DNA of 64,000 nucleotides from Octopus sinensis (taxonomy: Eukaryota), in contig NC_043003.1 of the NCBI RefSeq assembly GCF_006345805.1, positions 80,538,001-80,602,000 on the forward strand, read 5' to 3'. Shown here piece after piece: positions 38,961 to 52,082 of the stretch. A program made the translations under genes and the position numbers. The first letter of the stretch is position 1. Every line of letters starts with the position of its first letter. The notes under the pieces were generated by a model, which saw only the letters and a list, made by a program, of their open reading frames with translations, was not told the DNA's origin and ran no database searches.

Positions 38961-38985
38961 TATATATAAATATGTATATATATAT

Positions 38986-39056
<71 letters not shown>

Positions 39057-39314
39057 TATATAAACAACTTATAAGTAAGGGCTAAAGAAAATTATTTCAA
39101 TGCCCATATGCTGATAACAGACTGTTCAATCGTCAATTTCCACATATAATTTACTAGCTACAGAAAAAACCGAAGAACTAAAATCGGGCAAGCCGGCCGA
39201 TAGAATGTTTAAAATGATCGTTATTTCTATATTGAATCAATTTCGGAATTAATCTCATAAAAGATTATTTCCTCTTCAGTAGAACTTACGAAAGGATATA
39301 AATAAGATACTTAC

Positions 39315-39375
39315 ATGCGCCCATGGAAAAAGCTGAAGCAAAAATCATGAGTACATTTAAGTACCCCAGATACAT
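39315..39375 (-). CDS. Internal coding exon, 61 nt, phase 1-2 (DVSGVLKCTHDFCFSFFHGR)
   Basis: Strong acceptor TTTTATTTTTAG| and donor CAT|GTAAGT. In frame with 48734-48602. Confidence 0.62.
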
Positions 39376-39615
39376 CTAAAAATAAAATTCTTTTGTCAGC
39401 CTCAGTACAACGTGTTGTACTGTCTTTACGTCGATATGAGGCAGAAGAAAGACTGACTGAGTCTCGATAATCAAACAACATCTGAAAACCGAGCCAGAGC
39501 TCGTCCACACATGACAGTGAACTGCATTTGTTGGAACGGGACGAGTTCTATCCACAAAGAAATGCTTGGAAGCAATCACATGATCTGTGTAGAAGTTTAC
39601 GTTCAACAAATGCAT

Positions 39616-39900
39616 AGCTGAGTGGCTTAGTGGTTAGGGCATTCGGCTCATGATCGTAAGGTCGTGAGTTAAATTCCTGGCGGCGCGTTATTACCTTGAG
39701 CAAGACACTTTATTTCACGTTGCTCCAGTCCACTCAGCTGGCAAAAATGAGTAGTACCTGTATTTCAAAGGGTCAGCCTTGTCACACTATCCGTCACGCT
39801 GAATCTCCCCGAGAACTATGTTAAGGGTACACGTGTTTGTGGAGCGCTCAACCACTTGCAAGTTAATTTCACGAGCAAACTGTTCCGTTGATCGTCGCAA
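39616..39900 (+). mobile_element. tRNA-derived SINE (second family)
   Basis: A-box TGGCTTAGTGG, B-box-like GAGTTAAATTCC, body CCTTGAGCAAGACACTTTATTTCACGTTGCTCCAGTCCACTCAGCTG. A homologous head occurs at 49334. Confidence 0.85.
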
Positions 39901-40498
39901 CCGACGGAGTGCTCCTGCTGCCATGACTGAAATATGACTGAGATATGTAGGTATACTTGACAAGAAGCCCAATATCGTTTACGTTCGGCATTGGAGCACA
40001 TTTCCTGATAAGATAATACAATGTCAGTAATAGAGTTCAAACTGGAACTAGTCAGTTAGATGTTTTGATAGCAACGGTATATACGTTGCTGTGAAGTATC
40101 GAAATAGATGTAGGATGTGTTGCTATGACTATGCAATGATCACAGGATCAGTTGGAGAATATAAAGATGAGTTTTAGAAGCGATTATTATTGTTTAATCT
40201 TAGCTTGTATAAATTTTAAAACAATACGTTACTACCACATGCGTATTTATAATTTCTTCTCTTGCTTTTGTATATTCAAAAGCAAATACCGCATCGGGAC
40301 GTAACTTAAAGAGACTTTCGTTAAATATTAATACACTGTTTCGATAGATTATCCTAATAATGGCATGAATGGCTCATTGCAGTCTGCCAAAATCGACATT
40401 GGTGTGCTATCAAAATCCGGTTCATAAACGTGTAGAAAACGCCTGATAAATAATAATAATAATAATAATATAATAATATAATAATAATAATAATAATA

Positions 40499-40529
<31 letters not shown>

Positions 40530-40578
40530 TAGTAGTAATAATAGTGATGATGATGATGATGATAACAACAATAACAAC

Positions 40579-40620
<42 letters not shown>

Positions 40621-40623
<3 letters not shown>

Positions 40624-40890
40624 CCAAAAATGGCAGAAATTCAAAAGATAGCGCTCTTGGGAACTGCTCATATCCTACGCAAAATACTTTCAATGTAATC
40701 TCAGGGTTTAAAACAAACATAATTTTCGGTCTTTTTTTTTTTTGACATTCATTAGTACAACACCAAAGAAACCCCCAAATATATGGCACACTAGGCATAA
40801 CAACATGAACTTCCAACCTGTTGTCTCTTGAGGTCTCTGGGTGAGACTTGGAGCCAACTTGTACAAATATGAAGCAAGAGTCAAACATAG
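40621..40890 (+). mobile_element. Dong/R4-like LINE extreme 3' end within (TAA)n
   Basis: PKMAEIQKIALLGTAHILRKILSM* followed by a 3' UTR. (TAA)n lies on both sides. Confidence 0.75.
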
Positions 40891-40945
40891 AATAATAATA
40901 ACAATAATAATAACAATAGTAATAACAATAGTAATAATGATGATG

Positions 40946-40999
<54 letters not shown>

Positions 41000-41019
41000 G
41001 TAATAATAAATGTAAAAGA

Positions 41020-41345
41020 TGTGACATCTTAAAGTGAGAACTGTTCCTGTTGTTGTAGGTGCCCTAGGTATGATAAAAAAGGGATGTCAGAAGTATCTAG
41101 ATAATATCCCACGAAAACCATGCCTCGGAGAAATTCAAAACATTGTGCTGGCAAGTACTACCCATAATCTTAAAACACCCTATCAATTTAAATCTATATG
41201 TTATATTACATGAAGTTATTTCGCTAATGTTCCTGTCACTTCCCCTCCCCAAGCTATCGGCCATAGTGTAAAATCTCTTATCCTTCACTCTCCTTAGAAA
41301 GCTGGAGGTACCTCGGCGAGTGATTGTTACAAACATGCAGATTAA
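41020..41345 (+). mobile_element. Second, more diverged Dong/R4-like LINE 3' end within (TAA)n
   Basis: HLKVRTVPVVVGALGMIKKGCQKYLDNIPRKPCLGEIQNIVLASTTHNLK, flanked by (TAA)n. Confidence 0.7.
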
Positions 41346-41350
41346 AAGTA

Positions 41351-41414
<64 letters not shown>

Positions 41415-41934
41415 CCCTGATGCAGTACCTGACAGTGGCTTTCATGGCTTCTGATCTTAACTGATTGAAAGTGTTATTATGTACATTGTTTTGTCTTGGT
41501 ATAAAAGATGGGATACAGTAAATATTCTGCTCAATACGACAGATTTGCTTGTCAGTTCTTTGACCTTAACCAGTTGACCATGTCCTATAATGGCTGACAA
41601 TATGTGTATCTTTGATCAAGAGTGGAAGTAGTGGAGAGCATCATAGCCATGTGTTGAGTAGAATTCTTTGACATTTGAATAATTCACCTTTGGAAGCATG
41701 GGTGGTTCGTTCAACATCCTTAAACACTCCTTATTCAGGGACCTTTTGAGCGGGATGGGCTACTCGACCAGAAGAAAATTCTAACTGCGCCCCCACCTGC
41801 TTTGGGGTTTATCTTTGATATGAGATCACGATGTCGCGCAAATGTGGTTGAAATGCATGCATGTGATGGGTATACTGGTCGTCGTATATTTCTACCCCAG
41901 TGTCACTTTGATGGCATGCACTGCTCTCTGACTC

Positions 41935-41993
<59 letters not shown>

Positions 41994-42027
41994 TGGAGAG
42001 ATATAGAGAGACGCACACACATATATC

Positions 42028-42082
42028 GAGCCAAGTGAATACTTAGATGGGTGACTGCTTGGGAAACCTAGATGTTGCAAGC
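42028..42082 (+). pseudogene. 5S rRNA 3'-half-like fragment (pseudogene or SINE3 head remnant)
   Basis: GAGCCAAGTGAATACTTAGATGGGTGACTGCTTGGGAAACCTAGATGTTGCAAGC resembles the eukaryotic 5S 3' half (…AGTACTTGGATGGGWGACCGCCTGGGAATACC..GTGCTGTARGC). Confidence 0.55.
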
Positions 42083-43222
42083 GTCTCACACTTTAAAAGG
42101 TGGTTCTCCAGCATGACCATATTTAAAATGAGTGAAACCAGTAAAAGAATAGATGTATATGTATCCATATCTTCATAGAAATATTAAACATTACAAACAA
42201 AACTATAGGAAACGAAACATGATATCTTACAGGTTATATTCCTTTCATGTATGCCACATTGAATATCTCACATTGATTTTGAGAATTGTTACATGCACCA
42301 GTTATCAATCTTAAATCATTTGGTCGTGAAACAAAGAAACTTATAAGTGTAAAATATCTTAAGTTCAGTGTTATGTGTTCATTATTTCACTATATTACTT
42401 GTTCCCCTCATTGGACTGCGGTCATGCTGGAACACCACAGTTATATCAATAATCTGTCCTTCTCATATATAGCTTATATTCTAAGCATGACTACTTTTTT
42501 CACTCTAACTTCTTCTTCTTCTTCTTCTTTGAGCGAGAGAGAGAGGGGGGAGAGAGGGAGAGAGAGGGGGAGAGAGAGAGGGAGAGAGAGAGAGAGAGAG
42601 AATAGCAGTTTCCGTTTATAGCTTCTTGTTGCACAAGCAATACTGGCTGACCTAAACCTTTCTGAAATTTTCCACAATACCTGAAAATAAAGTTTCCATT
42701 AAAAAAAAATGCCCACAACTCCTACCTGTCTTTCGACCTTAACACCCTCCGCTAAATCTCGTAGAACGCAACAGATGGAATTCACACAACATCATTGAAT
42801 CATTCGCTGGAAATAATTAGCGCATAGAAACATTCAAATGCACAAATTCCAAGAACAGTCTACTCTTGATTTCGAACAGTAGTCTGTTCGAAAATGTGAC
42901 GCGCAGCTTCACATAACCCTCTGAACTGAGCCTTAGTTCCTTTTCAAAGATGTGGTGCAGAATCACGACACAACTACTATTGTGTCCATTCAAGCTAGCC
43001 ACAACTTCATAATGCTTATTGCAGCTGTCCATGTCACGTCTTTCAGCTTTTACAGTGTTTTCAATGCATTGAGTAGCGAGCGAACATGATGTCAGCATTT
43101 TGATACCAGACGCGAATCATCATGATATAATTCTTTTCAACACAAATTTATCACGAATACAATAGTGTGTGTGTGTATGTGCGTGTGTATTAAGATAGAG
43201 AGATATAGCTGTTTCTATATGA

Positions 43223-43278
<56 letters not shown>

Positions 43279-43281
<3 letters not shown>

Positions 43282-43923
43282 GGGTTGGATAAAATAATGG
43301 AAACACCTTAAAATTTCAAACAAATTTATTTTAATATGGGGTAGGACCTCCTTTGGCAGAAATTACAGCTTGAATTCTACGAGCTATGGACTCGTACAAA
43401 GTTTGAATTGTTTCCAAAGGGATTTTTGTTCATTCTTCCGCTAAAACAGTCTGCAGTTCTTGTAGTGATGATGGTGGATGATATCGACTCCTTACTTGTT
43501 TTGTTTTCTAAAATGCACCTTAAATGTGCAATAATATTGAGATCTGGAGACTATATTGGCTAGATAAGATGTTCAGCTTCACTAGAATGTTCCTCGTGCT
43601 ATTCAGTAACAACTTTCACTGTGTGAATTGGTGCATTATCATCCTGAAAGATTGCGTTTCCCTCCGGAAACAGTTCCGCAATCATAGGATGAATTTGATC
43701 AGATTAAATGCTTAAATAGTCTTGACTATTAATTCTGCTATGAAGGGAAAACATTGGGCCGGGGGAGTTCCAAGACATAGCCCACAAGATCATCACAGAT
43801 CCTTCTCCATACTTAACATCTGGAAGAGGGTACTCTGAGTCAAATGTCTCTTTTGGCCGTCTCCACACGTATATTGGGCCGGTGGTCGGAAATAAGGTAA
43901 ACGAAGACTCCTCCGAGAAAATA
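43279..43923 (-). mobile_element. 3' half of a Tc1 element of the 3480-4716 family
   Basis: TA followed by TIR CAGGGGTTGGATAAAATAATGGAAAC. The reverse complement aligns by eye to about 4080-4716. Confidence 0.85.
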
Positions 43924-44088
43924 CACTATACACTCGCGCGCGCATATATGCATAACATAAAGGTGTCAGACGTGGTTGTAGATATTTAAGAAAGAAAAAT
44001 ATGTAAAAACACATGGGAGGTTTGTATAATAAAAAATATGCTAATATTAAGATCATAATTAAACACAGAGTTGTATTACGATATTATG

Positions 44089-44730
44089 CAATAAACTAGG
44101 AGTACCGGTTTCGCGTCTTCCGCTTATCAAACTTCGAAAGTCTCAGTTTTAACTCATGGAAACGGCATTTTGTGTTTTTTGACAATAATTTTTGCAGTCA
44201 AGGGATTTCAATTTATCTGGAAATTACAAGTTAGTTTCAAAGTATTGTTAGGGTCTTTGGACTGAATGTATACAGATTTGTGAGATATATACACAAAATC
44301 TAAGGGGCTGTTTACAAATATTTCAAGGGTGGAGCGAAGAATTGATTGTTGTTCTGTTCTAGTGGGGGTTGGTTATTACTAACATGAATTAATGTTCAGT
44401 TCTGGTTTATATTTCTCGATAAAAGAGGCTTCCATTTTAAGACTTCTATATTCTGTTGAGATAGAGTCAGCAAATTTGTACAGATGGAATATATAGAACT
44501 GTGGTTGCAGTTGTTTAGCACATACGTCAATATGTTCGCTGAGATATATCTGGCGATATTGTGGTGAAGCTATTTCTTGCCGGTGCACTGTTCAGTGGCG
44601 GCCGATTGAATTTCCCGTTCTTCCGACATAATCTTTATGGGAGCCCCAGCATTTGATCACATGAATTATATTTTGAGATTTGGAAGTTTGGTAATCGTAA
44701 GACGCGAAACCGGTACGCCTAGTTTATTAT
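44089..44730. mobile_element. Element with about 45-bp inverted ends containing an HHR-like motif
   Basis: AATAAACTAGGAGTACCGGTTTCGCGTCTTCCGCTTATCAAACTT on the left is mirrored by AAGTTTGGTAATCGTAAGACGCGAAACCGGTACGCCTAGTTTATT on the right. Confidence 0.6.
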
Positions 44731-44827
44731 ATAATGTTGTAATACAACAACTCCTTGCTTCGGTATTGATATTAGTATTAGCATAAATCTTATTATACAA
44801 CCCCCCTGCGCGTTTTTACATATTTTT

Positions 44828-44872
<45 letters not shown>

Positions 44873-46829
44873 ATGTGTGTGTGTGTGTGTGTGTGCGCGT
44901 GTATAAAGGGAGAAACACAGAACAACAGAGAAAGAGGGTATGGGAGAATCAACCTGCTAAGTCTTTGATGTTATCTAAATAGAGTAGACATTTTCCCTTC
45001 GGTTTCAGTCTAGTGTTGCTAAATCAATGTCCAGTTCATGACACCATAAATGACACTTGGTAAACATGTTCGACAATCATCAGCAGAGTTATTAAATACG
45101 TTTAAGCTAGGCATAAAAATGAGTTTTAAGAACACCCATTAAAATATTTCTGTTGTGGCAGAAATGAGATCTTCTTTTAAAAATCTTTTATGCATCCGCT
45201 AATTATTTTGCCCATTATATATATTAGATTTTATATATAGAGATTTGATGTAGTAGTCATATTGTTCTATGGGCTCATAGTGTTGGAAGCATTCTCAAAA
45301 TTTCCTCCACGCTCAATTTTTGCCACACTGTAACTCGCCTTCCATTATCGCTTTTTGAAACAATATAATTTTTCAGGATTTTTTTCAGTAATTCAGGACG
45401 TTTTTTTTCTTTGACAGGTAGTTATATATATGTTATGTTATACTGTATTACGGAATCTATAAAAACATAAATTGTTTTTCTCTTTTAATTCTACTTCTTT
45501 TTAGCTTTAGTGTTCAAGATGCCGTTCACCTCGGTGACCCATTCAACCGTTGTTTAAGGCATTTTCAGGAGGTCATAAAGTTTTTTCGCCAGGAATATGT
45601 GATACAGTTGTATATTACAATACGAAGTAGGTGGGACTTTATAATTTTTGGAAACTTTTAGGTGTTTTCTTTTGTTTCTATATTTGCAGAATTTGATCAG
45701 GTGCTACGCTAGTTTCCCGTAACACTCTATTTGTAACGCTTACACCCACTCAAAACTCTCATATTATTATTGAAGTTGATACTGTCTTAAATATATATAT
45801 TTCTGTTCTTAGTTCTTAATACAGACTCTCGTAGCTGAAATAGAAGACTTTGCCTTTCTTTTCTTTTAGCATAATTGTTTTTTTTCCCCTATATTCAAAA
45901 ATTATTTAAGACGCAACATATGTCAGCTTTGGAATATTTTTTTCCGCGTTAGTTTTTTTTTTCTCTTTCTCAAATTTCTTTCTTTTGTCATATATGTTAA
46001 TCCTACTGATGCTGTTAAAGACCAAGTAATATATTCCGTATTTATCATATTTTTCGTATTTGTTTTTTAGACTATTCATTCCTGTTTTTATATTCATCAC
46101 TTCCATCTTTCTATTTCTCATACTCCCCATTATGCGTATCTGTTTTATGTTGCTCGCTATTATATAGGTAACCTAAGGTTAAATTTTGTTATGTCTTACA
46201 TGTAATGTATTTGTTTTACATTATACAAAATGTATTTCACTGTAACTATATGGTTTATGTAACGGTTGATGATCCCTACATAAAGAATGACAATCTGTAC
46301 TGTTCTGCCCCCGTATTTAAATTTCAGAATGTTTTAATTCGCATTGCGTATTTCTATTTCCATTATGCAAGCTTTCTTTTAATTATTCTATTTTAATTTC
46401 TGACTTGAGGTTTTGATTTTAGTATTTTCCTCTCAAAGCTCTTTCTTGTGTCTTAATTTCTTTATTCTTTTACTATTATTTTCCTAGTTTGATCTGATGA
46501 CAGTATTTCTTTCGTTCCTCTCCGAGATTATTTGGATTATTGCTGTTATTGTTCCGTTTAAAAGTATTGCAAATCAGAAACTTTCAGAAAAGCGCATGGA
46601 AGGTATTCCAGAGGGTGACAATATGATAGATAGAACTGGGCTTTGTATTTAATTTAATATACATGTAATGAACAAGGTATGGATGATGAGTGGAAGAGAG
46701 TTGAGAGCAACTCATTGGCGACCGGACAATTCCAGACTACTACAAGAGATAGACAGATAAATACATATAGATAAATAGAGAGAGATAGAGGAGGAGTGAG
46801 AGAGCACGGGGAGAGAAGTCCGAGAGTGT

Positions 46830-47400
46830 TTGCTAGTAAATTCCTATCAGTTAGTGGAGGGACATTATGGAGTTGTAAACGAGGATGTCTGTGTTAGAAT
46901 CATTCTTTCAGATACGGCAGTTGTTTTCTGTTGTGGCTTGAATCAAGTTTTATATAAAGTTATAAGATATTTTCTGGTGCTGAATAAAAAAGCCTGGTTC
47001 AAGTTAGTGAAAATGAGTTTCAGTATTCGAAGCAACTGCAGTGCATCTATCTAGTTGTGCTACTTATTGCTATAGGAATATCGAAGATGTTTTTTTTTTT
47101 TATATGGTTAAGGATTATATTTTGTTGTTGACGGAGACAATAATATTTCATATTTTACCTCTGATTATTACACAAAAAATCCCTAGTAGACAATCTATTA
47201 AAATTCGCCCCTTTAAATTTTCTTTAACATTTTGATTGTTTTACATTTTATTGTGATTGTAAATCAATGGCTTATGGAACCGTAGATAATCCCTACATAA
47301 AGCATGTAAAGCTATACTTCTTGCTAGAAGAGTTTTCTAGGCCCTTAAATTTTACAGATGTAGGTTCGGTGTATAAACATATCGATTGCTATGAGTAATA
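46830..47400 (-). mobile_element. Possible highly decayed Penelope-like ORF 3' end
   Basis: Only weak resemblance of minus-strand fragments (YSNK..., RLQLHNVPPL) to PLE C-termini. Confidence 0.25.
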
Positions 47401-47984
47401 ACTGGGACACAAAGAAAAAAAATGCAAACTTGAAAACACGTACTTAAGACTTACATGTCTGAAAACAGTCACATTTAACAACCTAGTAAGATCGTTCCTC
47501 ATGTTACTGAAGATACTTTTAATTTCATAATACGTCACATACTCTAATTTTCTCGTTACTCGACTAGAAATAGAGAACCTTCATATAATGTAATGTACGC
47601 ATCCTGTAATCGTCGGTAAATTACAAAACAAAACTTATACTAAACAGCATTATTCTATGAAATAATGCGACGTTTTATAGCATTACTTAATTAGCATACT
47701 TACAGACGAAACATTAATGCTACATCAGAAATATAAAAAACAAGCCAGCATAACCAAGTAAACAGATGTACGATGTAAATATAATTGTACTCTCCCAAGA
47801 CAATGCTGTCCACACCTCGGTATACGGAGGTGCACCTGCTGATGTAGTAAAAACTCATTTGCAACTTTTTAAAATATGATAATAATAATTCGAACTGAGA
47901 TGGTCGTGTGGCTCATGATGATAACGACGATATCAGCTGTAATGTTGATCACGAAGAAGTAAAGATTACGATTATCAAGGGTAG

Positions 47985-48108
47985 TAATATCCTGTATATA
48001 TATATATATACGTACAATATATTTATATTCTGTATATATATATATACGTACAATATATTTATATTATGTATATATATATATATATATATACGTACAATAT
48101 ATTTATAT

Positions 48109-48156
<48 letters not shown>

Positions 48157-48300
48157 TATACGGACAATATATTTATATTCTGTATATATATATATATATG
48201 TACAATATATATAAGTATAATATACATATATACAATATATAATATATGTATATATGTATATAAATATATAATATACACATATATATAATATATATTTATA
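47985..48300. repeat. About 35-bp AT-rich minisatellite (TATATACGTACAATATATTTATATTCTG variants)
   Basis: Direct reading; about 5 copies with variable (TA)n. Confidence 0.85.
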
Positions 48301-48601
48301 CACTCACATACACTGACACAGTCATTCACGAGCACATTTATTGAAAAACAATATATCTATAGTTGTTTTTGCTTACTTGTCTCATGGCAGTTCTCAAATT
48401 CTCAACATTACGAAAATCGTCTCAAAAAGTCTCGCGGGTTTCCATCGTGTCTATGTCCAGATGTGTATATTTCGAAGTTTTTGTATTCTGTTTGTGTAAT
48501 ATAATACATTTAGTAAACAACAATTCGTTTGAGAATTAAAATCCTTGTAACAAACCAACAAACTGTAATTGAACCATTCGCGTTTTCTCTCCGGTCTCTA
48601 C

Positions 48602-48734
48602 CTTTAAAAACATCAACAAAACTGATCTGCGTCTTATGATTGTCGGCAAACTCAATGAATAAATCACGGAGAAAATGCACATCCACGACTATAGACGTTT
48701 CTATGAACTTTGCAATCCTTAGCTGTTTCTTGTC
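48602..48734 (-). CDS. Internal coding exon, up to 133 nt, phase 0-1 (DKKQLRIAKFIETSIVVDVHFLRDLFIEFADNHKTQISFVDVFK)
   Basis: 44 open codons and donor AAG|GTAGAG. Three candidate AGs (exon starts at 48734, 48728, 48722) are all in the same frame. Phases fit both neighbours. Confidence 0.58.
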
Positions 48735-49333
48735 CTCAAAATTGAATAAAAAATTTAAGGTAAAAATGTTTGTTTACTTCCTTATAGTTTTTTTTCTTCC
48801 TATTTCTGAATTAAAAGAAAACAACAATACTGGCCTGTAAGTTATAACGAGTCGCCTGATCACGAAAGATGTTTTAATCTTCATGTAATTATCTTAACTA
48901 CTTAGTTTAATCCGATAAAGATTAGTGGCACATAAAAATGTTATTGCTCAGACAGAGAATTGGTATATGTTTGCGTAGGAGATGAAGATAGAGTTCAGAC
49001 AGCACTTAGAGATTCTTGCCTCTCTATTTCCGTTAGAATTGTTTTACTGGAATTTGAATTAAACATTTAGAGCATGAGATGTATGTAGCAGAGTCTCCTA
49101 AAAAAAACCCAAAGCATTACATATACAGAGAGCCGATTCATTCAACTTCAGCTTCTCCACAAAAAATATATTTCTTTGTCTAAAAGAACTTTAAAAATAT
49201 TAACACATTATCTTATATATCCATAATATATATATATATATAAACATATAATATACGTATATACGATATACATGTATACATTCACACACACACACGCACA
49301 CATACTCATACACGCGCACATTTATTGAAACAC

Positions 49334-49560
49334 GGTGGAGGCGCGTGGCTTAGTGCTCAGAGTGTTGGATTCATGATCGTAAGATTGTGGTTTTGATTCC
49401 TGTACCGGGCGACGCGTTGTCTTCTTGAGCAAAACACTTCATTTCACGTTACTCCAATCTAGTCAGCTGCAAAACGTGAGTAATCCTGCGACGGACCGGC
49501 GTCGCGTCCAGGTGAGGAAGTTATACACCATGGAAACCGGGAAACCAGCCCTTATGAGTC
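49334..49560 (+). mobile_element. tRNA-derived SINE
   Basis: Head homologous to 39616. The 3' part CCTGCGACGGACCGGCGTCGCGTCCAGG resembles the V-SINE/Mermaid-type core (by-eye inference). Confidence 0.75.
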
Positions 49561-49991
49561 GGTATGAATCCAGAAGTTGACTTTTAACCTATTTAGACAC
49601 ATGCTTTAACTTCGGATTTCATATCTCGTACATTCTGATTTGCTATTCGTACACCAACATCTACGCAAAATAAAGTAGATATCAGTCACTATCATAATTT
49701 CTATATTAGACTTTGACCTTCCCCCACGTTCTTATCGTGTTCTTATTCTAAGAGACATACCTTGGAGAGAGAGAATGAAGAGGATAAGGTATCTTAGCAT
49801 TTATTATTTTTTGTGTTACCTTCTAATGAATTTTGATTTCAAATTCTTCATGCATTCGCTTTAAGTTTATTTCATAGGAAATGGGATGAGTACCTTTAAA
49901 TCTAATATTGGTTTAAAACTTTGGCACATGTCCAGTATTTATGGGAAAGGATGTAAGTTGATTACATTGACTCTAGTGCTTAACTGGGGTC

Positions 49992-50028
<37 letters not shown>

Positions 50029-50034
50029 GTATTG

Positions 50035-50400
50035 GGTGTTTGGTAACTAGCTTCCTTACCAAGCACATGGTTTCGGGTACAGTCCCACTGAGTGGCAGCT
50101 TGGACAAGTGCCTTCTACTATACCCTTGGGCCGACGAAGACTTGTGAGTGGATTTGGTAGACGGTCTCTGAAAGTAGCCCGTCATATACATATATGTGTG
50201 TGTGCATATTTGTGCATCTATGTTTGTCCCCTCCACTATCGTTTGGCAACTGATGCTGGTGTTTTTAGGTCTCTCTAAGTTAGCGGTTCGGCATAAGAAC
50301 CCGATGGAATAAGTACTAGGCTTACAAATAATAAGTCCTGGGTTCGATTTGTTCGACTGAAGGTGGTGCTCCAGCATCGCTACCGACAAATATCTGAAAA
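50035..50400 (+). mobile_element. OR-like SINE, diverged
   Basis: Collinear with 32632-33000. Confidence 0.8.
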
Positions 50401-50728
50401 AAGTAAAAGAATAAAAGAATATATATATTATATAATATAAACATATTGATTATCGGTTACTACGCATTATGCCTGCTTGGAACCCTGCATTACATGTTCG
50501 AATTACATTTCGATGCTACATCAGAACGGATCATTTGGGAACAATTTATTGCATTAAATTACTGAGAAGTAACTTCAGCATTTGATCTGTATTGCATGAC
50601 TAATAATGCTCCTAAGTTTAGTAGTTTGTTAGCCGCTATACTGGAAGCAGACTGGACGATAATAATCTATGTGGTGCTCTAAACTTAACATCAGCAATTG
50701 TACAACTACTCCTTCTTATAAAATGTAC

Positions 50729-50771
<43 letters not shown>

Positions 50772-51487
50772 GACAGAGAAAGTCTCTATGTGTGTGTGTT
50801 TGTGTGTGTGGTAGTAAACTAACAGAGGAATGGATATGACGGAAATGCATTTTTAAACAGTAAAAATTGTTTCAAAACCCGGAAGTCTTTTTTTTTATAT
50901 CTTTCAACATGATGAGTTATAAACAGAACATTTATTTAAAACCATATGATATGACGTACTAATGGGATTCTACTAATCATCTTTTCAGTCTAGCAATGGT
51001 AACTCCGAAAAAAATTACTGGTTTGCACTGTAGAATTGAAGCAATCTCATACATCGAAAAAGAAGAACATAAGTGACAATGGTATAAAATATAAGCAACA
51101 GGATTCCACGCTAGGAAAAATTCAATCTGGTTGGGGAAACTATGGAGACAGATCGTCAAATTAGTTCCCCATTGTTACTGCTATTGTAAACAGCTGGTGC
51201 CACTGATATTAAGAGGTCAGGAACCGCTTAATTTATTGTATATATATATATATATACATAATTAATCAATATAGGGTGGCAAGGAAAATTTTGTAGAATT
51301 TTATTGCCACCAGCGGCCCAGCGGGAAAAAAATTAAATAGTCATAGACCATTTTTAAGTTCAACATTAACAATTAAGGAACGGCCATAATAGGCCATTCA
51401 CCCACTAGAAATAACAGCCAAAGCTTCTACCGCAAATAAAGATCAATTCCGTAAACAGGAGAAAATTAAAAAAACATTTACCCTGTA

Positions 51488-51594
51488 ATTTCTTGTACGG
51501 TATACCGTTTCATCCGTTGTTTAATGGTAAACCAACCTAATTAAATTAAATCAAGCCAATCTTCCATAAGCCCTCGGATTCATCAGCAAGAAAT
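51488..51594 (-). ncRNA. Type I hammerhead ribozyme (array copy 1)
   Basis: Reverse complement of the 52531-52637 motif. Confidence 0.85.
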
Positions 51595-51976
51595 AGCTCT
51601 CGGGACAGATAATTACACGAGGCATATCCAATCTTGCCAAGTCAATATCTGACCTAAAATTTTCAAATCGTCGCACTCGCGCCAAATTTATCGGCAGCAA
51701 ATAAATATCAGCCGTCGATTCCATTACGGAATTAACCAAAAAATTCATAATTAATCAATATAGGGTGGCAAGGAAAATTTTGTAGAATTTTATTGCCACC
51801 AGCGGCCCAGCGGGAAAAAAATTAAATAGTCATAGACCATTTTTAAGTTCAACATTAACAATTAAGGAACGGCCATAATAGGCCATTCACCCACTAGAAA
51901 TAACAGCCAAAGCTTCTACCGCAAATAAAGATCAATTCCGTAAACAGGAGAAAATTAAAAAAACATTTACCCTGTA

Positions 51977-52082
51977 ATTTCTTGTACGGTATACCGTTTC
52001 ATCCGTTGTTTAATGGTAAACCAACCTAATTAATTAAATCAAGCCAATCTTCCATAAGCCCTCGGATTCATCAGCAAGAAAT
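51977..52082 (-). ncRNA. Type I hammerhead ribozyme (array copy 2)
   Basis: As copy 1, with a 1-nt deletion in the stem II loop region. Confidence 0.85.

Noticed and set aside
39315-39375. Alternative reading MYLGYLNVLMIFASAFSMGA as a signal-peptide first exon
   Set aside because: This frame is open and hydrophobic, but the other frame joins four upstream exons in phase, which is the more parsimonious model. Not fully excluded.
45250-46560. Lys-rich minus-strand frames suggesting a LINE ORF1 remnant
   Set aside because: No diagnostic motif could be read; low-complexity composition explains it.
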